DNA from: an uncultured Actinomycetota bacterium
GTDB taxonomy: Bacteria; Actinomycetota; Actinomycetes; JAFAQI01
Direction: 5' to 3'
Assembly (NCBI GenBank): GCA_963770565.1
Contig: CAVYQE010000011.1
Location: 608,001-672,000, forward strand
DNA: 64,000 nt
Shown here: one piece after another, positions 1 through 9,616 of the stretch
Position numbering within the stretch: the stretch's first letter is position 1
How the letters are laid out: the number at the start of each line of letters is the position of its first letter
Translations under genes and position numbers: made by a program
The notes under the pieces: model-generated
Told to the model about the DNA's origin: nothing
Seen by the model: the letters and a program-made list of their open reading frames with translations, nothing else
Database searches by the model: none

Positions 1-249
1 GACCAGCTTGGCCCAGCCGTCGCGGCCCTGCCGGCGGTTCAGCAGCTGCTCGCGCACCTCGTCCGGGCCGGAGACGGCTGCGACGACCATTGCCTCGTCG
101 TCATTGACGATGTTGACGACCGCGACCTCGAAGCCCATCGACTCGACGATCGTGTCCGCGACGAGCTGGAGCATCTCGGTCAGGTCGAGCACCGAGTTGC
201 CCGCTGCGGCTGCTTCGAGCGCGCTCGAGGTGGAGCGAAACCCAGGCAT
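1..249 (-). CDS. N-terminal part of a GAF-domain sensor protein (runs off window start; possibly GAF-GGDEF or GAF-PP2C type)
   Basis: Manual translation from ATG at 249: MPGFRSTSS...LTEMLQLVADTIVESMGFEVAVVNIVNDDEAMVVAAVSGPDEVREQLL..., a GAF-like pattern. GAGGGG RBS upstream. Absent from the ORF track because it has no stop in the window. Confidence 0.6.
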   Translation of the reverse strand, partial: MPGFRSTSSALEAAAAGNSVLDLTEMLQLVADTIVESMGFEVAVVNIVNDDEAMVVAAVSGPDEVREQLLNRRQGRDGWAKLV

Positions 250-296
250 GCCGTCCCCTCGTGAGCAGCGCACTGCGCTGACGTGGCGTACCAACT

Positions 297-324
297 CTGT
301 CGGCAAGAATCGGTGGGAACTTGT
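297..324 (-). promoter_or_regulatory. sigma28 (FliA/WhiG)-like promoter
   Basis: Minus strand ACAAG-N15-GCCGACAG upstream of the GAF gene. Confidence 0.45.
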
Positions 325-371
325 CCGATCTCGCACGTCTGTCCGGCGGAGCGAAGATTGCGTCAATCGGC

Positions 372-1001
372 CTACGGGTGGTGGGTGCAGCCGCTGTACG
401 GCACGTGGGCGAGATCCACGAAAGCCGGGAGCAACTCGGTGAAGGCCTGTCCGTTTTGTACGTAATGGACAGTGAACAGCACCGGGTCCGGCCCAGGACA
501 CCGGACCAGCACCCGCTCGGTCGCGGTCAGCCAGATCGAGGCGCCGGCGGGTGCCCGTGCGTTCGAGAACGGCTCGAAAGGGAGGGTTCGTTGGTCGCAC
601 GGTCCCGATGCCGTGCGGATCAGCCGCAAGCCGTGAAGGGGCTGACGCGTGCGCACGCCGATGACGTCGAAGGCCTGGGGGGACTGGTTGTTGATCTGGA
701 TGCCGAGCTGCAGGCGGTGCCCGTGCTGCACCGAACAGGTGGCACCGGTCTGGACCATCGGTGGGCCACCCACGGCGGTCGCGCCGCCCCGGGCCGCGGG
801 CTGCGTGGCCTGCGGCGACCGACCGGGCCCGGCGTGGGGGTGCTGCCGGGCGCCGATGGCGTACCCGCCCAGGCCGCCGGCCACGAGCACGATCACCAGC
901 GCGAGGGTCCGTCGAGGGGCTCGCGAGCCGACCGGCCAGGACTGGTCGCCCGCGCCCTCGAGCAGCTCGGGCTCGCGATCGAAGCGGCCGTCGTCGACCA
1001 T
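372..1001 (-). CDS. Hypothetical single-pass membrane protein (209 aa)
   Basis: Hydrophobic segment LALVIVLVAGGLGGYAIG, Pro/Ala linker, C-terminal domain with four Cys; divergent from the monooxygenase gene. Confidence 0.6.
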   Translation of the reverse strand: MVDDGRFDREPELLEGAGDQSWPVGSRAPRRTLALVIVLVAGGLGGYAIGARQHPHAGPGRSPQATQPAARGGATAVGGPPMVQTGATCSVQHGHRLQLGIQINNQSPQAFDVIGVRTRQPLHGLRLIRTASGPCDQRTLPFEPFSNARAPAGASIWLTATERVLVRCPGPDPVLFTVHYVQNGQAFTELLPAFVDLAHVPYSGCTHHP

Positions 1002-1054
1002 CAGCCCCGACGATAGGCGCCGGATGAGAAGGACGGAAATGGAATGATGTTCGG

Positions 1055-2564
1055 ATGGCGGCCGAACACGTCGATCTGCTGATCGTCGGCGCCGGACTGT
1101 CCGGCATCGGTGCCGGTCATCAGTTCCACGCCGAGTTCCCCACGAAGACCTACGCGATCCTCGAGGCCCGGGACGAGATCGGCGGGACGTGGAGTCTGTT
1201 CAAGTATCCGGGCGTTCGTTCGGACTCCGACATGCACACGCTCGGCTACCGGTTCCGCCCGTGGACCGACGGCAAGGCGATCGCAGAAGGACCGGCGATT
1301 CTCGAATATGTGTGCGACACCGCGCAGGCCGGCGGGGTCGAGGACAAGATCCGATTCGGCCAGCGGGCGGTGCGGGCGGCCTGGTCATCGGCTGACGCGC
1401 AGTGGACGGTCGACGCCGAGGACGTCCATACCGGTGCGGTCACTCAGATCACCTGCGGCTTCCTGTTCATGTGCAGCGGCTACTACCGGTACGACGAGGG
1501 GTACCGGCCGGAGTTCGCGGGGATCGAGCGGTTCCGAGGCCGGATCGTGCATCCGCAGCACTGGCCCGATGACTTGGACTATGCGGGCCAACGCGTGGTC
1601 ATCATCGGCAGCGGGGCGACCGCGGTGACGCTGGTGCCGGCGATGGCCGCGACGGCGGCCCACGTGACGATGCTGCAGCGCTCGCCGACCTACATCGTCA
1701 CCTTGCCCAGCCGCGATCGGCTGGCCGACCGGCTTCGCGACCTGGTGCCGCCGCGGCTCGCCTACTCGATCGTCCGCTGGAAGAACGTGGCGCGGATCAT
1801 CTTCAGCTACCAGCTGAGCCAGCGCGCGCCCGGGGGTCATGAAGGCGATCATCCGCAAGGCAGCCGAGAAGCAGCTGCCGCCGGGCTACGACATCGACAC
1901 CCACCTGACCCCGTCGTACAACCCTTGGGACCAGCGGCTGTGCGTCGCGCCGGATGGCGACCTCTTCCGGGCCGTGCGCGGCGGGCGGGCGTCGATCGTG
2001 ACCGACCGGGTCGAGACGTTCACCGAGACCGGGGTGGCGCTGGCGTCGGGTGCGGAGCTCGAGGCCGACGTGGTCGTGACCGCGACCGGGCTGAACATGT
2101 TGGTGTTCGGCGGCATCGCGCTCTCTGTCGACGGTCGCGACGTCGAGATCCCCAAGACGATGAGCTACAAGGCGATCATGCTGAGCGACGTGCCGAACTT
2201 CGCGTTCGCGATGGGCTACACCAATGCGTCGTGGACGCTCAAAGTCGATCTGACCTACTCCTACCTGTGGCGGTTGATCCGGCACATGGATGCCACCGGC
2301 ACGCGGTGGTGCGTCCCGCGCCGTCATGACGACTCGGTGACCGAGCGCCCGTTCATGGACTTCTCGCCCGGCTACGTTCTGCGCTCGATCGAGGACTTCC
2401 CGCGGGCCGGTTCGAAGTCGCCGTGGCGGCTGCGGATGAACTACTTGTTCGACGTGGTCATGCTGGCGCGCGGGTCGGTTGATGACGGCACGATGGAGTT
2501 CGGGGTCGGACGTCCGAAGTCGGGCATCGCGAGCGACCCGGCACCGGTCGACCTGGCGTCGTAG
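1055..2564 (+). CDS. ethA: FAD-containing Baeyer-Villiger-type monooxygenase (EthA family), split by a +1 frameshift at the G-run 1832-1836
   Basis: GAGLSG and GSGATA Rossmann motifs, YPGVRSDSD, FxGxxxHxxxWP (FRGRIVHPQHWP). The 1839..2564 ORF continues with PSYNPWDQRLC and ATG. Deleting one G fuses both parts as RAPGVMKAIIRK. Confidence 0.85.
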
Positions 2565-2576
2565 CCACCCGGTCGC

Positions 2577-3263
2577 TCAGCTGGCGCGATCTGCGACCGG
2601 CCGGGCCAGGCAGGCAGGTCGCGACCTGATCGGTCCGCCGGCCGGTCGCCATTGCCCCGTGCACCGCGCTGCTCGAATGGCTCGGTGGGCCGGCTCGGCG
2701 TCGCGGACCAGTCGCGGACAGGTGTCGTGGAATGCTGGGGTCGACGTCGCCTGCACGCCGGTGACAGCATCGACGAGCACGGCGACGTAGAACGGGTCGG
2801 GTTTGGGGTGGGCCGGCACGTAGTGGTAGCCGCGTCGCCCGCCGGGTCCGTCGAGGCAGTCGCCGAACAACAGACCGGCCGCCGAGCTGCGATAGACCGC
2901 GACCCAGGCCAGCCGCCGGTCGAAGCTCGGCTGCCCGTCGACGACATCGGTAGGGGCCGACACCCGGCCGTAGCCGAAGGCGACCAGGTCGTTGCTCCGC
3001 CCGCCGGGCGGCCAGGCGAGCGGTCGTTGCGCGATCGCGCGGGCCTGGGTGACCGGCACGAGCGGCTGGTCGCCGGCCGCGGGCGGATCGATCGTGATCG
3101 CGCCGAACTCGAGCGGGCGGGTGAACGGCCGATCGGGGTAGGACTGACCCACCCGCGCTGCGGGTGCGGGTCCCGCACAACCGGCGATGCTCGCCGCCGT
3201 CGCTGCGGCGAGCATCGCAACGGCAACAGCGACGGCACGACGCCGAGCCGGCCCTCGCCTCAT
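2577..3263 (-). CDS. Hypothetical lipoprotein
   Basis: Arg-rich N-terminus, hydrophobic stretch, lipobox IAGC; starts just downstream of the SRAP gene. Confidence 0.6.
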   Translation of the reverse strand: MRRGPARRRAVAVAVAMLAAATAASIAGCAGPAPAARVGQSYPDRPFTRPLEFGAITIDPPAAGDQPLVPVTQARAIAQRPLAWPPGGRSNDLVAFGYGRVSAPTDVVDGQPSFDRRLAWVAVYRSSAAGLLFGDCLDGPGGRRGYHYVPAHPKPDPFYVAVLVDAVTGVQATSTPAFHDTCPRLVRDAEPAHRAIRAARCTGQWRPAGGPIRSRPACLARPVADRAS

Positions 3264-3267
3264 CCGC

Positions 3268-3966
3268 TCACCCGGCCTCGCCGGCCACCACCGGGTCGAT
3301 CAGCTGCGGGCCGTCGTGGCGCGCGGAGTTGACCTCGGTCGACACCTCGTAGGTCTCCAGCCGCGGCGGGGGAATCGAGGCGAGGAGCTCGCGGACCGAG
3401 CCCGGGTCGGTGAGGTGCGGGTCGAGCCAGGTGGCGCTGAGATCCCTTGGCACCACCACCGGAGACCGGTCGTGGATGTGCCCGAGCGCGTCCTGCGTCG
3501 TACAGGTCAGGATCGCGTAGGTCCACAGCCAGCGGTCCGGGTCCTCCAGGTCGGGCCGCAGCTCGTAGACGCCGGCGAAACCGAGTACGCCGTCACCGTG
3601 CAGGTAGATCGGGGTCTTGCCGGCGTCGGTGACCATCCACTCGTAGTAGCCGTCGGCGGGGATGAGGCAACGCCGCCGGGCCGCCGCCGCCTTGAACGCG
3701 GACTTCTCGGTGACCGTCTCAGACCTGGCGTTGACCAGCTTGCTGCCGATCCGCAGGTCCTTTGCCCAGGAGGGCACCAGGCCCCAGCGAAGCGTCCGTA
3801 GCTGCCGGTCCGGCTCGTCGTCGACCAGTCGCTCGAGCACGACCCGGGCGTTCTGCGTCGGCGCGACGTTCCACGACGGCGGAAGTGGCGGGTCGACGAC
3901 CGAGGCGACCGCGAACTCACGAAGCAGGTCGCCGTCATGGCGCGAGTTGGCATAGCGGCCGCACAC
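3268..3966 (-). CDS. SOS response-associated peptidase (SRAP, YedK/HMCES family; abasic-site protection)
   Basis: N-terminal MCGRY (catalytic Cys2), WGLVPSW, NARSET, PADGYYEW, HDRSP. Confidence 0.93.
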   Translation of the reverse strand: MCGRYANSRHDGDLLREFAVASVVDPPLPPSWNVAPTQNARVVLERLVDDEPDRQLRTLRWGLVPSWAKDLRIGSKLVNARSETVTEKSAFKAAAARRRCLIPADGYYEWMVTDAGKTPIYLHGDGVLGFAGVYELRPDLEDPDRWLWTYAILTCTTQDALGHIHDRSPVVVPRDLSATWLDPHLTDPGSVRELLASIPPPRLETYEVSTEVNSARHDGPQLIDPVVAGEAG

Positions 3967-4081
3967 GTCACCGTTCTACCTCAGCCCACCGACGGCAGCC
4001 TTGTCGCGGCGCTGGGACTCCGGCCGGTGCGGTTGCATGGGAGGCTGGCAACCGGCAATCCCGCATCCCCGAACGAAGGGC

Positions 4082-4510
4082 ATGCTGATGAAGCCCATCG
4101 CACTGTTGGGCGCCGGCGCCTTGGTCGTCGTCGGCGCAGGCCTCGCCGGCCCGGCGCTGGCGGCCGGTACGTCGCACACCCTGCACCTGACCACGACCCG
4201 GCTGCAGTTCGTCAACACCAGTGCCACGACCTTCGTCGAGACCGACGCGGTCTTCCGGGCCGGCAAGAAGGTCGGCTACGAGACGATCAGCTGCGACGAC
4301 GGCGGCCATCAGATCGTCTGTTCGGTGAGCGTGGCGCTCGAGGACGGAATGCTGTTGGGCCACGTGACGATCCCGATCACCAGCGGCAAGACGAGCAAAG
4401 TGACCGGAAAGGTGACCGGAGGCCTCGGGCGGTTCAAGGGCGACAAGGGCACTGTCAAGGGCACGATCAGTGGCAAGCACAGCACCTTGACGTTGACCTA
4501 TCACGCGTAG
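4082..4510 (+). CDS. Secreted small beta-barrel protein, dirigent/allene-oxide-cyclase-like
   Basis: Signal peptide MKPIALLGAGALVVVGAGLAGPALA; Cys pair; VTGGLGRFKGDKG resembles the ITGGTGxFxGAxG motif; GAAGGG RBS. Confidence 0.55.
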   Translation: MLMKPIALLGAGALVVVGAGLAGPALAAGTSHTLHLTTTRLQFVNTSATTFVETDAVFRAGKKVGYETISCDDGGHQIVCSVSVALEDGMLLGHVTIPITSGKTSKVTGKVTGGLGRFKGDKGTVKGTISGKHSTLTLTYHA

Positions 4511-4529
4511 CGCGTCGGAGCGCTGGGTC

Positions 4530-5600
4530 TCAACACCCGCCCGGGCAGACCCGGAGCAGACCGGCATACAACGTCAGGCCTGGTCCGAAGGCCATCGCCA
4601 CGACCGGGTCTCCGGGGTTGAGGGCGGTTCCCTTCAGCAGCCGCTCGATGACGAGCAACACGGTCGCGGACGAGCAGTTGCCGACGTCGCGCAGGACGGC
4701 GAACGACGGCTCGGCCAGCGCGGCCGGCAGGCGCAGCTGCTCGGCCGCGACCTCGACTATTCGCCGGCCACCGGGATGGATCGCCCACCCGGCCACGGCG
4801 CCGACCGCGAGATCGTGCCGGTCGAGCAGGTCGCGGATGACCGGCTCGATGTGCCGGGCCAGCACGTCCGGAACCTTGGGCGACAAGCCCATCCGGAAGC
4901 CGAGATCGGTGATGTCCCAGGTCATCTGATCGACCGTGGAGACGTCGGTCCTGGCCACGATGTCGATCAGCTCGAGGCCGCGGGCTTTCCGGTCCGCGTC
5001 GCCGTGCGGCAGCAGGACGACGGCAGCGGCCGCGTCGGCGAACAGCGCGTGCGCGACCATCTGCTGGACGTTGTCGGTGGCCGGCTGGACGTGCAGGCTG
5101 GTGAGCTCGAGGCACAACAGGACAGCCGGCCGGTTGCGCGCGACGACGAAGTCGCCGACCGCGCCGAGTCCCGGCAACGCGGCGTAGCACCCCATGTGCC
5201 CGATGTGTAGGCGCTGCACATCGTCGGCCATCCCGAGATCGCGGGCCAGCAGGATGTCCAGCCCGGGGGTCGAGTAGCCGGTGCAGGAGGCAACCGCGAA
5301 CAGGCCGACGTCCCCCGCGTCGAGGCCGGCGTCGGCGAGCGCCTGGGCGATCGCCGCCTTGCCGAGCGGCATCGCCTCGGTGGCGAAGCGGCGCATCCGG
5401 GCGCCGGTGCTCCACGACGTCACGTCCTCGATCCTCGGGTCGATGACGGCGTGGCGGGTGGTGATGCCGGCGTTGCGCCAGATCCGCTCGGCGGTGGAGC
5501 TGCCGTTGTAGTGCGCGGCAAAGAAGCCGTCCCAGACCGCGGCGTGGTCGATCGCGGGCGGAAGCGCGTGCCCGTGTCCGGCGATTCGTGCCGCGGTCAC
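4530..5600 (-). CDS. Type III polyketide synthase (chalcone-synthase family)
   Basis: Catalytic Cys-His-Asn triad in GHMGCYAAL, WAIHPGG, GNCSSAT; also LFADAAAA and AFGPGLT. GTG start at 5600 chosen just after the upstream stop. Confidence 0.93.
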   Translation of the reverse strand: MTAARIAGHGHALPPAIDHAAVWDGFFAAHYNGSSTAERIWRNAGITTRHAVIDPRIEDVTSWSTGARMRRFATEAMPLGKAAIAQALADAGLDAGDVGLFAVASCTGYSTPGLDILLARDLGMADDVQRLHIGHMGCYAALPGLGAVGDFVVARNRPAVLLCLELTSLHVQPATDNVQQMVAHALFADAAAAVVLLPHGDADRKARGLELIDIVARTDVSTVDQMTWDITDLGFRMGLSPKVPDVLARHIEPVIRDLLDRHDLAVGAVAGWAIHPGGRRIVEVAAEQLRLPAALAEPSFAVLRDVGNCSSATVLLVIERLLKGTALNPGDPVVAMAFGPGLTLYAGLLRVCPGGC

Positions 5601-5607
5601 GGCCGGC

Positions 5608-6771
5608 TCACCATCGCGCGACCTCCGCTTCGGCATCAGGATCGCGCCCGAGGGCGGCGTACCCCAGCCAGTCGGCGCACACATCGCTGGTGGCCGGCTG
5701 CAGCGAGCCGCACCGGGCATCCCGGTAGATCCGCTCGAGGGCGGAGCCGCGCCGGGTCGCAGCCGCGCCACACGCTTCGAGCAACGACGCCGCGACGTCC
5801 ATCGCGGTCTCGCCGGCAATCAGCTTGGCCCGCCAGACCCAGCGGTTCGTGGCCGGTTCGCCGGGCGCAGTCGTGACCGCCTCGGCCATCGCCCGGACCA
5901 CCTCGCGCGCGGCCGCGACCGCACAGTCCGCGCGGCCGAGCCGGGCCCGCACCATCGGCAGCCGGCCCAACCCGCGTTCGTCGACGTACGCCGCGGCCGC
6001 GGTGAGTGCGGCTTGCGCCACGCCGACGTATACAGCGGCGTACGACGCGACCAGCCATTGCGGCATGACCTGGGCCAGCAGGACGGCCATTCCTTCGACC
6101 TGGCCGAGCAGGGCGTCGGCCGGCACGACGACGTCGAGCTCGAGGTCGTGGCTCACGGTGGCCCGCATGCCGAGCGAGTCCCAGGTCGGCACGACGGTGA
6201 CCCCGGGCCCGCTCGGCACGAGGAACTGGCTGATTGCATCCCCCCGGCGGGCCGCGACGACGTAGGCGTCGGCGTGCCCCGCGCCGGAGCAGAAGGACTT
6301 TGATCCGATGATCCGCCACCCCGACTCGACCGGTTCGTACGTCGTGGTGACCTGCGACAACCGCGAGCCGGCGCCGCGCTCACTCATCGCGACCGCGTAG
6401 TGCCGACCGGCGGCCGCCCCGCGCAGCACGTCGTCGCGGGCCGCAAAGAAGGGCTCCGGCACGCCGAGCGCCCTGGCCAGATCGTCATCGGTGAGCGCCA
6501 GGGCGCCGGTCACCGAGGCGTGCATGTTGAAGATCAACGCGGTCGAGCCGCTGCCGGCGCCGAGGCTCATCGCGATCTCGGCGTAGTCGGCGAACGAGGC
6601 GCCGATCCCTCCGAGTCGCTCGGGCACCATCAGGCCGAGCAACCCATTGGCCCGCAGGTCATCGAAGTCCTCGGCCGGAAAGCTTCCGTCGATGTCGTGC
6701 TTCCCGGCCCGGAGGGCGAAGGCCGGCGCCAGCCGCTCGGCGGTCTCCTGCGCCAGCGCGACTGCGGTCAT
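5608..6771 (-). CDS. Acyl-CoA dehydrogenase family flavoprotein (possibly a hydroxylase)
   Basis: GSKSFCSGA, WDSLGMRATVSH, LERIYRDARCG motifs. Confidence 0.88.
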   Translation of the reverse strand: MTAVALAQETAERLAPAFALRAGKHDIDGSFPAEDFDDLRANGLLGLMVPERLGGIGASFADYAEIAMSLGAGSGSTALIFNMHASVTGALALTDDDLARALGVPEPFFAARDDVLRGAAAGRHYAVAMSERGAGSRLSQVTTTYEPVESGWRIIGSKSFCSGAGHADAYVVAARRGDAISQFLVPSGPGVTVVPTWDSLGMRATVSHDLELDVVVPADALLGQVEGMAVLLAQVMPQWLVASYAAVYVGVAQAALTAAAAYVDERGLGRLPMVRARLGRADCAVAAAREVVRAMAEAVTTAPGEPATNRWVWRAKLIAGETAMDVAASLLEACGAAATRRGSALERIYRDARCGSLQPATSDVCADWLGYAALGRDPDAEAEVARW

Positions 6772-6790
6772 CCGGGCCTCGTCCTGACGT

Positions 6791-7504
6791 TCATGCCGCC
6801 TTGGTCCCGACTGCCTGGAACAGCCCGGCGCTCGACCCGACCTCGATCATCCGCACGGAGTCGCGCTTGCCGATCAGCCACATCACATAGTCCACGGCCG
6901 ACGGTCGCAGGCCGTTCAATGTCAGCTGCACCCCGTGCCGGGCCGCCTCGGCGACCAGCTGCTGGCGGTCGACGAACAACGCCCCGTCGTGCAGCCGGTG
7001 CGGTGGGCCGGCCGGGAGCCGTTCGGCCAGCGTGATCGAGGAGAACCGCCCCCACCAGGTGTTCGCGATCGTGTCGATGACCAGGGTCCCTCCGGGCCGC
7101 AGGACTCGGCAGACCTCAGCGACAGCACCCGGGAGGTCGGAAACGTGTTCGAGGATCTCGCCGGCCACCACGACGTCGAACGCCTCGTCGCGAAACGGCA
7201 ATCGCGTGACGTCGCCGCGCACCCCGAGGATGCCGTGCGCGGTCGCGCTTGCCAGCGCACTGGCAGTGAGGTCGACGCCGATGTGGGAGTAGCCATGATC
7301 GCCGAGATGTGGCGCCAGCAGGCCACCGCCGCACGCGACGTCCAGCAGGGGAGCGCTCGGCCGGGCCGGCCGCGGCACGTGCCGCATCCGCGCCGCGGCG
7401 ATCCAGTTGAGCATCACGAACTCGCCGCGCGGCGCCCACCACTGGTCGGCCAGGTCGTCGTACTGGCGGGGGTCGTTGCGCGGTCGGACCGGCAGGCCGG
7501 GCAT
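6791..7504 (-). CDS. SAM-dependent O-methyltransferase, UbiG-like
   Basis: YDDLADQWWAPRGEFVMLNW N-terminus, LLDVACGGGLL SAM motif, EILEHV, LRPGG. Confidence 0.85.
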   Translation of the reverse strand: MPGLPVRPRNDPRQYDDLADQWWAPRGEFVMLNWIAAARMRHVPRPARPSAPLLDVACGGGLLAPHLGDHGYSHIGVDLTASALASATAHGILGVRGDVTRLPFRDEAFDVVVAGEILEHVSDLPGAVAEVCRVLRPGGTLVIDTIANTWWGRFSSITLAERLPAGPPHRLHDGALFVDRQQLVAEAARHGVQLTLNGLRPSAVDYVMWLIGKRDSVRMIEVGSSAGLFQAVGTKAA

Positions 7505-7583
7505 GCATCGAGCCTTCCACACCCGCGCACTGGCAAGGCATGCTGTATGCGATTGCGCGACGGGGGTGGCAGGAGGACCGGCC

Positions 7584-7763
7584 ATGCGACGGATGCGTGC
7601 TGGGCGAGTGGAGGAGCTCTACAGCGTCAGCGGCGAAGGCCACGAGTGGCCCGGCCGGCCACCCCTCGCCCGGCGGCTGACGGCTCTGCTCGGTCCGCAG
7701 TCGCACGCGATCAATGCCGATGCCACCAGATGGTCGTTCTTCGCTGCACACCCGATGCCGTGA
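7584..7763 (+). pseudogene. 59-aa C-terminal remnant of a PHB-depolymerase/LpqP-like esterase
   Basis: AGGAGG RBS and ATG, then GEGHEWPG...INADATRWSFFAAHP matching the family C-terminus; no GxSxG; stop overlaps the start of an intact paralogue. Confidence 0.6.
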
Positions 7764-8551
7764 CGCCGTCCTGGCAGGCCATCGACATCGACGGGCGGAG
7801 GCGCGACTACCTGCTCGCCGAGCCACCGGGCCAACCGCGGCTGGTGATCCTCTCGTTGCACGGCACCCGGTCCGAGGCCAGCGACCAGATCCGCCTGAGC
7901 CGGTTGGACCACGCCGCGGTCGAGGCCGGTGCGGTGGCGGTGTTTCCGCAAGCGGTGATGCCGATCGGCCGCGGCTACGAGTGGGGTCACGATGCGGACC
8001 TGCCGTTCCTGTCGCGACTGGTCGAGGCGCTCGTCGCGCGCTATCCGGGGGCCGGCGGGCGGGTGGTCATGACCGGGATGTCCGGCGGAGCCCGGATGTC
8101 GTGTCACTTCGCGTCATTGCGACCAGAGCTGGTGAGCATGGTCGGTGCGGTCGCCGGGTTGCGCGCGCCGAGCCGGCCAACGCTGTCGACCCCGGTGCCG
8201 ATGTACGCCTTCCATGGCACGTCGGACCGGATCAACCCCTATCGGGGGAGCGGCACCGCTCGCTGGGACGAGAGCGTGCCGGACGCCGCGATGCAGTGGG
8301 CGATCGCGAACGGTGCAGGTCCTGAGCCGGTCAGGACCCAGGTCAGCTCGCACGTGAGCCGCACGTCGTACGGCGCCGATGGTGCGCCGAACGAGGTCGT
8401 GCTCTGGACGATTCGGGGTGGCGGCCACACCTGGCCGGGCTCGCCGCTCGGCCTCCTGCTGTGGCTGTTCCTCGGCAAGACGACGACCGAGATCGACGCC
8501 ACCGCCCTGATCCTGGCCGCACCTCACCCGGGCACCAGTCGGAGCGGCTGA
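7760..8551 (+). CDS. PHB depolymerase family (LpqP-like) alpha/beta-hydrolase esterase
   Basis: LSLHG, GMSGG nucleophile elbow, FHGTSD, GGGHTWPG. Confidence 0.82.
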   Translation: MTPSWQAIDIDGRRRDYLLAEPPGQPRLVILSLHGTRSEASDQIRLSRLDHAAVEAGAVAVFPQAVMPIGRGYEWGHDADLPFLSRLVEALVARYPGAGGRVVMTGMSGGARMSCHFASLRPELVSMVGAVAGLRAPSRPTLSTPVPMYAFHGTSDRINPYRGSGTARWDESVPDAAMQWAIANGAGPEPVRTQVSSHVSRTSYGADGAPNEVVLWTIRGGGHTWPGSPLGLLLWLFLGKTTTEIDATALILAAPHPGTSRSG

Positions 8552-8554
8552 CGA

Positions 8555-9544
8555 TCAGCTGTCGGCCTCCGCCGGGGCCGATCCGGACGCGTCGGTGCGA
8601 CGGCGGATGTCGTGCAGGCTGGCCTCGACCGCGCGCCAGATCTCGGCCAGGCTGACGGCGGCCGGAAGGTCACCGCGGATGACTCCGGGCGGATCGCTCG
8701 CGGTGTCACCGAGTGCCTCGACCGCACGGTTGGCGAGCGTGACCAGGGTCGGATCCGTGATCACCACGCTGAGCCGGTCGTCGGCGACCTCGATCTGCAT
8801 CTGCCGGCGCCCGGCCTGCTCGGGCAGTTCGTCGGTCGTGCCGGTCACGTCCGCGTCGCGCAACGCCTCCCTCGCCCGCTCGAGGTCGACGCCGAAGATC
8901 GTCAGCACTCGCGCGGCGGCGTTGTTCGGGTCGGCGAGGGTGGCGAGCATCACGTGGTGCGAGCCGATCGGTGCCCCGGCGGCGAGGCGGGTGGCCTCTA
9001 CGAGACTGGCATCCACCGCTGCGGTCGTATGCAGGCTCTCGGGCTCGATGCCTGCCTCGCTCTGCCGTGGCCGGAGCCAGCGCAGCCACTTGCGCTCGTC
9101 GTCCGGCTTGCCGGCCGGCACCAGGTCGAGCACCGCCATCCGCACCCGCAGCGGGTCGCCAACCTGGTCGCGGACGATCTGGGCGCCGACCCCGTCGCCC
9201 TCCCGGATCAGGCCGAGCAGGATGTGCTCGGTGCCGATGTAGTTGTGGTGCAGGGCCAGCGCCTCGCGCAGCGCGAGCTCGAGGATCTTCTTGGCGCGCG
9301 GCGTGAACGGGATGTGGCCCTCGACCCGCTTCTTGCCTTGGCCGACCGTGCCCAGCACCTGCTCCCGGGCGACGGTAAGGGTCAGGCCGAAAGACTCGAG
9401 CGCCTGGCCGGCGATTCCTTCTGGCTCGCCGAGCAGGCCGAGCAGGATGTGCTCGGTCCCGATGTAGTTGTGCTGCATCTCACGGGCTTCGTCCTGGGCG
9501 AGCACGACGCTGTGCCGGGCCCGGGCGGTGAATCGTTCGAACAT
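8555..9544 (-). CDS. Clp protease N-terminal (Clp repeat) domain protein without AAA+ module, ClpC2/ClpC3-like
   Basis: MFERFTARARHSVVLAQDEAR...HNYIGTEHILLGL twice, IPFTPRAKKILELALREAL, a degenerate third repeat (IGSHHVML); 329 aa with no Walker A. Confidence 0.9.
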   Translation of the reverse strand: MFERFTARARHSVVLAQDEAREMQHNYIGTEHILLGLLGEPEGIAGQALESFGLTLTVAREQVLGTVGQGKKRVEGHIPFTPRAKKILELALREALALHHNYIGTEHILLGLIREGDGVGAQIVRDQVGDPLRVRMAVLDLVPAGKPDDERKWLRWLRPRQSEAGIEPESLHTTAAVDASLVEATRLAAGAPIGSHHVMLATLADPNNAAARVLTIFGVDLERAREALRDADVTGTTDELPEQAGRRQMQIEVADDRLSVVITDPTLVTLANRAVEALGDTASDPPGVIRGDLPAAVSLAEIWRAVEASLHDIRRRTDASGSAPAEADS

Positions 9545-9579
9545 GCCGCCAGCGTGCGTGCTGACGCCTAGATAGTCAA
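9545..9579 (-). promoter_or_regulatory. Leaderless sigmaA-type promoter with overlapping inverted repeat
   Basis: Minus strand TTGACT-N17-CACGCT-N6-ATG; TGAC-N9-GTCA dyad at 9562-9578. Confidence 0.5.
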
Positions 9580-9616
9580 TACCATGCTATTAATAAGGTC
9601 CGAGAGGCGGGCAGCC

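Noticed and set aside
1820-1845. Programmed ribosomal frameshift in the ethA-like gene
   Set aside because: No canonical slippery heptamer, and this family is not known to use recoding; an indel in the G-run is simpler
3268-3966. SRAP gene as a marker of a prophage or mutagenesis cassette
   Set aside because: No integrase, phage, imuABC or dnaE2 genes nearby
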